26,872 nucleotides of DNA, taken from positions 1 to 26,872 of the forward strand of contig NIVC01000388.1 of the NCBI GenBank assembly GCA_002269645.1, read 5' to 3'. This stretch comes from Macrostomum lignano. Lineage: Eukaryota. The notes under the pieces were generated by a model. That model saw only the letters and a list, made by a program, of their open reading frames with translations. It was not told the DNA's origin and made no database searches. How positions within the stretch are numbered: the stretch's first letter is position 1; every line of letters starts with the position of its first letter. The position numbers were made by a program, and so were the translations under genes. Of the stretch, positions 1 through 26,872 are shown one piece after another.

Positions 1-2297
1 TTTGAATTTCTGCGGATGCCTTTCGGGTTAAAAAACGCGGCCCAGGCTTTCCAGCGCCTAGTAGACTCTGTTTGCCAAGACTTGGATTTCGTATTTGCTT
101 ACATTGACGATTTCCTAGTGGCCAGTCACAACCCAGATCAGCACTTGGAGCACTTGCGAACGCTGTTCCAACGTATGGCCAGCAATGGTTTTCTAGTCAA
201 CCCCGCGAAGTGCCAGTTCGGCCGCAGCGAAATTGATTTCCTCGGCCATCGAATCAGCGCTCAGGGAGCCGTGCCGCTGCCCTCAAAAGTTGACGCTGTC
301 GTTCGTTTTGCACCGCCCACACCGTCAAGGGCCTGCAGGAGTTCGCCGGCATGGTAAACTTGTACCACCGCTTTGTGCCGCGAGCCGCTCAGCTACTGCG
401 CCCCATTCATGTGGCTACTGCTGGAAAAGGCAAACTGGTCCGTTGGACACCCGAGCTGACGGCCGCATTTAACAATGCTAAGCAGGCCCTGGCAGGTGCG
501 GCAATGCTGGCGCACCCACTGCCAAAGGCGCCGATCGGCCTGACCGTGGACGCTTCTGACATCGCTATTGGTGCCGCTCTGGAGCAGCGAGTTGGCAACG
601 GCTGGCAACCGCTGCTTTCTTCAGTCGCCAGCTCCGTGCTCCGGAGCAGAAATACAGTGCTTTCGACCGCGAGTTGCTAGCCAATTATACCTGGCTGTCC
701 GGCACTTTCGCTACTTTCTAGAAGGTCGGGTTTTCACTGCTTTCACAGACCACAAGCCACTGGTCGCAGCTATGTAAAAAATCTCGGATCCGTGGTCAGC
801 CAGGCAGCAGCGACACTTAGCTTACATATCCGAGTTCACAACGGATATCAGCACATCGCGCGGCAAAGAGAACCCGGCAGCGGACGCGCTTTCTCGGTGT
901 ACGGCGGCAGCAGTTCAGTTGCAGTGGCTCCCCGGCGTGAACTTTGAGGAGATGGCGAGGGCGCAACAGGTGGTCCCAGTGGCTCACACAAGCAGTAGCC
1001 TTCAGCTGGCGCGAGTGGAGATCGGCCCAGGACTGGTGTTGTTGTGCGACACCTCTACCGGTCGGCCACGCCCATTCGTGCCTCCGGAGTTTCGCCGCGC
1101 TGTTTTTGACGCAATTCACGGCCTCGCGCACCCATCGGTTCGCAGCACGCGCCATTTGTGGCCGAAAAATTTGTGTGGGAAAAAATGAACCGGGACGTTA
1201 CCCAGTGGGCCCGGACCTGTGTCGCTTGCCAGACAGCTAAAGTCCATCGACACGTCGCCGCACCCATCGAAGGCATCGGGGTCCCCGGACAGCGTTTTGC
1301 CCATGTCCACGTGGATCTGGTAGGACCGCTGCCGCAGTCACAGGGTTTCACTCACTTGTTTACCATCGTGGACCGCTTCACTCGGTGGCCAGAGGCAATT
1401 CCCATGACGGATACTTCAGCAGCAGCCTGTGCATCAGCTTTTATTTCCCATTGGGTCACCCGCTTTGGCGTGCCAAGTGACATTACATCGGACAGGGGCT
1501 CGCAGTTCACTTCACAGCTATGGACGAACTGCTCCCGGCTACTCGGAATGCAGCTGCACCGGACAACGGCTTTTCACCCGCAGTCGAATGGGCTGGTCGA
1601 GCGATTTCATCGGCAATTAAAGGCTTCATTGATGGCGCGCTTATCCGGACCGACATGGGTCAACGAGCTGCCCTGGGTGCTTCTCGGCATCCGCACGGCT
1701 CCCAAGGAAGATCTGCCAGCATCATCAGCAGAGTTGGTGTACGGGGCACCTATCAGCGTACCCGGAGAGTGCCTACTACCCAGCCCACCCGACACTCTGG
1801 GCTACGACCAGTTCCTGCTGCAAGTGCGCAGAGCAGTGCAGGCTTTTCGGCCGGTGCCAACGTCGCACCACGGCAGCCGTCCATCTGCTTGGCCCGCGGC
1901 CCTCGATACCTGCACGTTCGTATTCGTCCGTCGAGACGGCCACCGCACGGCGTTGCAAAGACCGTATGATGGGCCATTCAAGGTCATTGAGCGGGAAGCC
2001 AAAGCCTTTCTGTTAGATCTAGGCACCCGGAAAGATCGAGTCAGCGTGGACAGGTTAAAGCCTGCGCTGTTGAACACTGCTGATCCCATTCCACAGCCGG
2101 CGCTACGCCCTCGAGGTCGACCCAGGCGGGCACCAGTCAGTATCGTTTCGCCTCACACCGGTTGGAGAGCTACAGACTCGCCACTTCGGCAGCCAGCCGA
2201 GCACACGGATATGACACAGCCAGCAGCGCCGCCAACCATTGTTCAGCGTCGCCGACAGCCTCATCGGAAGTGTCGGCCAGTACACTTCAGCAAGTAG
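1..2297 (+). pseudogene. pol: Gypsy pol polyprotein, frame-disrupted as assembled
   Basis: RT: MPFGLKNA and YIDD. RNase H: LTVDASDIAIGAALEQ and FTDHKPL. Integrase: His/Cys zinc-binding region (HGLAHP...CVACQ), D-D-E residues (HVDLVG, TSDRG, LVERF) and a GPY/F module; no chromodomain. The coding sense is split over several frames and there is a TAA at 775-777. Confidence 0.9.
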
Positions 2298-2306
2298 CTT
2301 GGTGCT

Positions 2307-2318
2307 GGGGGGGGGGAG
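2307..2318 (+). other. Polypurine tract (plus-strand primer)
   Basis: G10-AG lies just after the pol stop and one base before the TG that opens the putative LTR. Confidence 0.8.
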
Positions 2319-2319
2319 C

Positions 2320-2473
2320 TGTGTGGCGGCTAGCCTAATGACTTTCACTTTAATCTATGACACCACTTTTTCGTTTACGCACCGCGCTACTCTATTTAGC
2401 CCACGGGCATAATCAAATATAAAACCAACCGTGTTCCTTTAATTTTCGCCTTGCGCAGCAAGCCGCCAAAACA
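2320..2473 (+). repeat. 3' LTR (about 154 bp)
   Basis: Starts TGTGTGGCGGCT after the PPT and ends AGCCGCCAAAACA, an imperfect terminal inverted repeat with TG...CA ends. Contains TATAAAA at 2418-2424. The 5' LTR is outside the window, so the right boundary is inferred. Confidence 0.7.
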
Positions 2474-2629
2474 TGTATATTTTTAGTACATGTACATTCA
2501 TGTACACGTACTAAATACATGTAGTCATGTATTATTGTACATATGTATAATATATATACATATGTCTTAATCATTGATCTGAGTAAAGCCATACATGTAT
2601 ATATGCAGCTATACCAAAAACACTACTGG

Positions 2630-2689
2630 GCCGCGACTGAAGGGGGCCATGGGCCTCCTTTTGGCCCCCACCTGCTGGATCCGCCCCTG
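2630..2689. mobile_element. Possible orphan right terminus of a non-autonomous DNA transposon
   Basis: A GC-rich island in AT-rich DNA ends in CTGGATCCGCCCCTG (reverse complement CAGGGGCGGATCCAG), similar in style to the CAGG-starting TIR at 24849. No left terminus was found in the window. Confidence 0.35.
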
Positions 2690-3968
2690 CGCTTGATAAC
2701 GCTGCAGTATTTAGGGCCGGTCGTCTTAATCATTTTCTCATTTGATGTCGGTCTAATAGTTTGCATACATAGCAAATTTTTACTATGCATCGTTGGGAGC
2801 ACCTGATGTGCCACTGGGTCCGCCGTAGATACGAGCGTATGTTTTATGCCCGTTTCGATTTACCCTTACGTCATTTGTGTAATAATAAAATGTTAAAAAA
2901 TACTACTGACTTTAGTTTGTTTCTAATAATGGTTTGCTCCTATGGACTTCAATAAATTTAAAAAAGAACCTTTATGAAAAATTGCGTTATAATACTTTCC
3001 ATAAAAACTAGTTAGAAAATTCAGTTTATCGCGCTTACAAGAAACTTTGAGATTTTTCGTTTTCGATTCTAATCAAGAGTAATCCCGGTTCTCATCATTA
3101 AATTGCTGAAAAGCTGCTATATTAGGGTCAGAGTTTTATTTGCTTTAGCAGTTCCATTTATTCAGTATTTAAACTAAAAATGTTTTCTTTTGTGGTGGAG
3201 TTTTCGGAATGTAGTTTGACTAAATCAAATGAAACACATTGGCTAGCACTGCATGCTTTTTTTCAGTATTCGTTTCCAGAGTCATTTATCTGTGTTATTC
3301 GACCTTATAAAAATTTGGAGTCGCAAGCCAAAGTTTTCATGCGAACAAAAGGTATTTTACAACTTTGCTTTTTGAGTGTAAAAATAATTATAAAATACAA
3401 AATTGAAGTTAGACTTAGAGTAATAGCATTTCTGACAACAGCAAAATTAATATGCATTTTCTAATGAGCAAAGAGCAATAGGCCTATATGCTATTACAAG
3501 CTATGTATTACAAAAATTGTTCCTTTAAATGGTGCTGTATATAGTAGGGCCTAATACTGTCTTCTAGTAATGCTATAGCTATCTAAACTAATTATTTATC
3601 CTATATATCTATATTTCCACTTGAAAGTTTAATTAAATCCAAAACTATTACTTAGAATAGATATGCATTTTACACATTCTTTAGGCATTACAAATTGAAA
3701 TTTATCATTTAATATTAATATTTTCTTAGCCTTTAATTTAAGTATTCTTAATTTTCTTTATTAAGATTTCAAAGCAATAAATAAATTTAATAATATTATG
3801 TTTTATGTCTATTTAAAGGTTGACTTTTAGGTTTTTAATGATATTATTAATTATAATATCATAAGATTACTTTTATAATTTAGAATATTGCCTGAAAGTG
3901 TATGTTTGAACTATTTTTGTTGTAGCTTTGTTTATTATTAAATAAATACAAATGACTTATAATTTTAG

Positions 3969-14480
<10,512 letters not shown>

Positions 14481-15474
14481 TGTCAGTAGCAATGAAGACA
14501 TTTTTACTGTTTTATTTTTAATTCAAGTGGGTATATGTTTATAAATATACATGTCTATTTACATTTCCTCAACTCATCTCTGATTGGCTAAGCCAGCTAT
14601 AACGCGCCTCGTAAAGGGTATTGAATTGTATATTATAAACACAAACACAAACATATTACAAGTACAAACACCCTTCGGTGTTGCAAGCTAAAATTTCTCA
14701 AATACCTTTACACTCCTCATCAATCATATATTGTTTCCTAATCTTAGCTTATCCAGAATTAAAAGTGTCGGTCTATCCTTCTTGCCCTCGGCTAAAAATA
14801 AAACTGTTTAAAAGTTATTCTGTCAGTAAGAAATATATTTATAGCGTAAAAATGCTTATTTTGCTACTGATATTCAAGTTACTAAGTAGCGTGTCTAAGA
14901 CATGCCGAAAAAAATTTTTCAAGCTTTTTTTAATTGCAGTTTTTTTCGTTCCCTCCTACGTGCTCGTAAAACATTTATGCCATTGGCGACAGATTTAATT
15001 AAGTACCGCGCCACACCACCCTCAACTTCTTGCAACTCTGAAATCCCCCCGTCTGTTCCCTGTTTTCTGTTACCGTTGTTGAAGCCACTAATTTCGCTTT
15101 TACAACTGTGTGTTGTCTTGTTCCTTAAGCTTCTACACTGCTACACTGCGGCTGGTTCCTTCTCTCGGTTACATTTTTTGGTTAATTAATTATTTATATT
15201 GTCCACTATAGGAGTGGCCTGCGGCTCAAGTGAATGCGACTCAACGGCTCCGAGGGGGATGGAGATGGAGTTTTTTAGTAAACGGCAATAAGGAAGCAAT
15301 GGGCATTGGGCACTGCAGCTCAGAGCTCACAACAGGAGGGCCACGCCCTCTCAATCGCCCCCCCCACAATAATTAACGCTTCTTCAGAAAATGAATGCTA
15401 CTGGAGGTAATCAAGCTGACTGGAGTTCAAATTTTCCTGTATCCGTGGCCTGAGAGATAGGGGCCGGAGCGCCC

Positions 15475-15489
15475 GTCTGTCTGTTCGTT

Positions 15490-15543
<54 letters not shown>

Positions 15544-15545
15544 CC

Positions 15546-15594
<49 letters not shown>

Positions 15595-15741
15595 GGCTGT
15601 CTGTCTGTCTGGCTGTCTATTTGTCCTGTCTGTCTAAGTGTCTGTCTGTCTGTCTCTGTCTCTGACTGTCTGTCTGTCTGTCTGTCTGTGTTTCCTTCTG
15701 TCTGTCTGTCTGTCTGTTTTAGTGTGTCCTGTGTGCCTGTC
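15475..15741 (+). repeat. (CTGT)n microsatellite, imperfect
   Basis: Read directly from the sequence. Confidence 0.95.
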
Positions 15742-16204
15742 TAGAGCACAGCAGGCACATGAAATAAATAGTTGTCAGTTCAGCTTGGAAGGCCGCACTT
15801 CCAGAAAGCCCCTGGGGCACACAAAATTAATTCTAACCTACAGCCTAAGCATGGGCTGAGCCGCGCTGCGCATAATCCCGGAAAGACCCAGTTTTTTCGA
15901 GCATGTCTCAGATCGCTACGATCGGATGCCTCAGCGCTGCTGCAGCTCGCATGACCGACTGCACCCGCCGCGAAATCAAAGAGAATTTTTTAAGATGAAT
16001 AAACAGCGGCACACATGTATGCGTATTAAATTCACGAACACCGTATTCTGAGAAATTCGCAACTCGTAGTCGTAAATTAAAAGGCTTTAATTGCAACAAT
16101 TATGTCCATAATTCAACCCGATTCTCTCAACCAGCATACATGTAATTGCAGGCTGCCGCACTTGTTCGAACTACAACGGCGCGCTTTCGGAACTTATGGT
16201 GTCT

Positions 16205-16865
16205 TGGCGGGCGCCCCTGTCTGTTGGTGGGCAACCCTGTCTCTTGGTGGGTGCCCCTGTATCTGGTGGGCGCCCCTGTCTCTTGGTGGGCGCCCCTGTC
16301 TCTTGGTGGGCGCCCCTGTCTCTTGGTGGGCGCTCCTGTCTCTTGGTGGGCGCTCGATCCTGTCTCTTGGTGGGCGCCCTTGTCTCTTGGTGGGCGCTCC
16401 TGTCTCTTGGTGGGCAACCCTGTCTCTTGGTGGGTGCCCCTGTATCTGGTGGGCGCCCCTGTCTCTTGGTGGGCAACCCTGTCTCTTGGTGGGTGCCCCT
16501 GTATCTGGTGGGCGCCCCTGTCTCTTGGTGGGCGCCCCTGTCTCTTGGTGGGCGCCCCTGTCTCTTGGTGGGCGCTCCTGTCTCTTGGTGGGCGCTCGAT
16601 CCTGTCTCTTGGTGGGCGCCCTTGTCTCTTGGTGGGCGCTCCTGTCTCTTGGTGGGCGCTCGATCCTGTCTCTTGGTGGGCGCCCCTGTCTCTTGGTGGG
16701 CGCCCCTGTCTCTTAGTGGTCGGCGCCCCTGTCTCTTGGTGGGCGCCCCTGGACTCTTTGGTGGGCGACTTTGCCTCTTGGTGGGCGTTCCTGTCTCTTG
16801 GTGGGCGCCCCTGTCTCTTGGTGGGCTCCTGTCTCTTGGTGGGCGCCCCTGTCTTTTGGTGGGCT
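16205..16865 (+). repeat. 20-bp GC-rich minisatellite (about 33 units)
   Basis: Unit CTGTCTCTTGGTGGGCGCCC, with recurring variants GGGCAACCC, CTGTATCTGG and GCTCGATCC. Confidence 0.96.
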
Positions 16866-17635
16866 CCCATGTCTGAATAGACAGACAGACAAACACTAAG
16901 ACAGACATACACTATCAACGCCTCTTTCCAAAGCTTTGCGCTGTCATACACATACTGATTTATTTCCGAAAATAGCATGTTTTTGATTTGCCTGGCTGCA
17001 CTACTATATATACCTCACATGTAGTTGTTTGGTTGCCATACGTGACTGCCTTTCCTCAGCATGCAAAAGAGTCAGTCGTACGGCCCCAATTAAGTCCTAG
17101 CGCCGATCTCGAATGAATGGAGGAGCTGCATTTTTAACAAGTTTTCACTGACTCAGTGGCTACTCCACACTTCACTATGCTATAAAACAGTACTACGGCA
17201 TATGGTGTACTTGAGAAAAAATGAGATGAAGTACTATAGGGGCATTGAATCGATTTTTTCTGCAAAATAAAGGCTTTTGCTACCATACACAAAAGCTCCA
17301 TTACTTTGGCAAACGTATCTTGGATTAAATTCAATGCGTGCTGTAGCTTTTGCAGGCCATTTGATATTAAGAGCAAGCAATTTAATAATCATTGGGGAAA
17401 CCAGCGCTAAAAGACAGATTTCTCAGTACTCTATGCTCCAAACCATGGGCTCTGGAGCAACCAATCTAATAACCCGAGCACTCATTTAATCATTTAGACT
17501 TATGTCGCATTTAAACTCTGCATTATGGGGAGACAAAGCAATAAGCACAAACATTTTGATAAAGAAGACTGAACCGAACACAACTGAACCGACAACCGGA
17601 GTTGAGCACCCCGTTGAGACGGAGGAGACGAAGAC

Positions 17636-17791
<156 letters not shown>

Positions 17792-18349
17792 TACAGTAAT
17801 TAGCCATAATATTGCACCCCAAATAGTTGTGAAAGCGTCACTGAGAGAGCCTATGCATATATCATATGTTATGCATTTTCAACAATTCTCTTAGTGGAAT
17901 GCCCGTTAACTGTAGCCGCTGATCAAGTGGCAGTGGCAGTGGCAGTGTGTGCAGAGCTGGCACTCTCAGGGTCAGGGGCAGTGCACGGGTAAATTGAGTT
18001 GCAGTGAATGTTATATGAGCTGAAATTCACAAGTGGCCGATACATGCTGTGGGCTACTGGGGGGGGGGAGATCTGGGAGTTGAATTTGAGCAGCGAGAGC
18101 TGCTGTGCCTTTACCTGAACTACAATGAGAACTGGCTCTCCCTTACCCTTGTCTGGTCTGATCTCATGCGTGCGCCTTGCAAGCTCACGCTGCAGGAGGG
18201 CGTTTCTAGGAAAGTTCTGTGCTTCTTGTTCGTGATTCATCAGCTGCTACGCTCGTAAATTCTTGTTTTTTTTCACCTGCAATTCTTAAGACATCCAATC
18301 GAAATATACATGCATACATGCTTTTAGAGCTTCAAAATAATGTTTGCTA

Positions 18350-18780
18350 GGGTGTCAGGAGTGTCTAAAATGGGGGTGTCAGGATCTCTTAAAGTGGGGT
18401 GTCAGGATCTCTTAAAGTGGGGTGTCAGGATCTCTTAAAGTGGGGTGTCAGGATCTCTTAAAGTGGGGTGTCAGGATCTCTTAAAGTGGGGTGTCAGGAT
18501 CTCTTAAAGTGGGGTTGTCAGGATCTCTTAAAGTGGGGTGTCTTAAAGTGGGGTGTCAGGATCTCTTAAAGTGGGGTGTCAGGATCTCTTAAAGTGGGGT
18601 GTCAGGATCTCTTAAAGTGGGGTGTCAGGATCTCTTAAAGTGGGGTGTCAGGATCTCTGTAAATGGAGTGCTAAGATCTCTTAAAACGAGGATGTCAGGA
18701 TTTCCTTAAAAAAGGGGTGTCAGGATCTCCTAAATTGGAGGAGGTGTCAGGATTGCCTAAATTGAGGGTGTCAGGATTGC
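18350..18780 (+). repeat. 23-bp minisatellite
   Basis: Unit GGGGTGTCAGGATCTCTTAAAGT. About 12 near-identical units (18373-18657) with degenerate units on both sides. Confidence 0.95.
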
Positions 18781-19602
18781 CAACACATCAGGCTCGATCG
18801 CTTCATAATCTCTTGCAGCACGAATTGATTACACGAGTAGATATACCGTAGATGATGGAGCTGTGCAGCGAGTGAGCTCATCTACTTCAGCCTATGGGGT
18901 GGGTGAGCTCAGCTACTGTGAGTACAACAATTTACGATGCTAAATATGGCCTCTAACTAAACTATATTATCATAATAAGAGCAAGTCAGCTTTTCTATAA
19001 TTTACCCCTCTGTCTCTCTCTGTCTCCCCATCACTAATGTGCAAGCATAGTGTCAAGTTATTCTATCCGAGACCCTGTGACAAGAGGTTAAGTACAAAGT
19101 CTAACTACGAGCTTATATATGATGGTCTCAAATTTCTTGCGACGAAATGAGAAAATGAAGATTGAAATTCGTGCGTTGAGCCTTCAGCAAGCTTATAGAG
19201 AAAGAGAGAGAGAGAAGATAAACAAAAAATAGCATCTCAACCCCCTGCTACCTCCAATGTCTGTTTTGAGACGAAGGGCTATAAAAATGCGTGAAAAATG
19301 AAAGGGAGGCCTGACTATCGTACTGGAACTGAGAGCACACAATATAAATGCTGAAGAATCTCATTGTGTAGGGTTTAGAGTTGAGACACCCAATTGAGAG
19401 AGATACCCCACCTCTCTCCGGGTGTGAGCAGTGCACACACACAGCCTAATTGGCTGGGCAGAACTGGGCGAGCATTTCTTAGCCACTTTAAGAAGAATAT
19501 TTTGGGTGGGGCAAAGAGTATATTTGATAGCTCATCTCTCCGACATTCCTGCGTCGGTGACAGCGCCGATTGAGCACCAGATTAAGACGAGTTGAGTTCA
19601 AA

Positions 19603-26872
<7,270 letters not shown>

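Larger units (their letters stand above)
1..2473 (+). mobile_element. Ty3/Gypsy LTR retrotransposon, 3' part (RT, RNase H, integrase, PPT, 3' LTR); probably CsRn1/Kabuki/Boudicca-like
   Basis: Domain order RT, RNase H, integrase is Gypsy-type. It is followed by a G-run polypurine tract and a TG...CA bounded segment. The clade guess rests on integrase wording (HVHVDLVGPLP, DRFTRWPEAIP, KEDL..S.AELVYG, PYDGPFKV...VSVDRLKPA) recalled from that group, not on a tree. Confidence 0.95.

Noticed and set aside
2700-3968. Upstream exons or promoter of the macro-Deltex gene (ORF 3180-3464, TTACGTCA at 2866)
   Set aside because: Very AT-rich; candidate exons hit stops or were too short to support, and a single CRE-like octamer is expected by chance.
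16102-16978. 200-280-aa ORFs on both strands
   Set aside because: Stop-free readings of the 20-bp minisatellite, with no domain or splice support.

Overview
This is metazoan genomic DNA with GC-rich exons, GT-AG introns and dense simple repeats. The style recalls repeat-rich flatworm genomes such as Macrostomum, but that is an unverified impression. In order: (1) the 3' half of a Ty3/Gypsy LTR retrotransposon (RT, RNase H, integrase, polypurine tract, short 3' LTR; 1-2473). (2) A spliced + strand gene whose 5' end I could not resolve. Seven exons (3969-14480) join in one frame into a partial 680-aa protein: KH-like region, Q/P/A-rich linker, divergent macrodomain, atypical RING, Deltex C-terminal (DTC) domain. 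This is an ADP-ribose reader and a Deltex E3 module in one chain. Five of its six introns carry a different tandem array. One array is a 34-bp amplification of the exon/intron junction, interrupted by a 3.6-kb RTE-like LINE with an 11-bp target-site duplication and a nested antisense I-group LINE fragment. (3) An intergenic stretch of micro- and minisatellites. (4) The 5' part of a multi-EC cadherin gene (19603 to window end), with a candidate 9-nt microexon, a 320-bp MITE with an 8-bp TSD, and frameshifting indels near the window end, most of which look like consensus errors. I saw no rRNA, tRNA or CRISPR array. All splice models and domain calls were made by eye.
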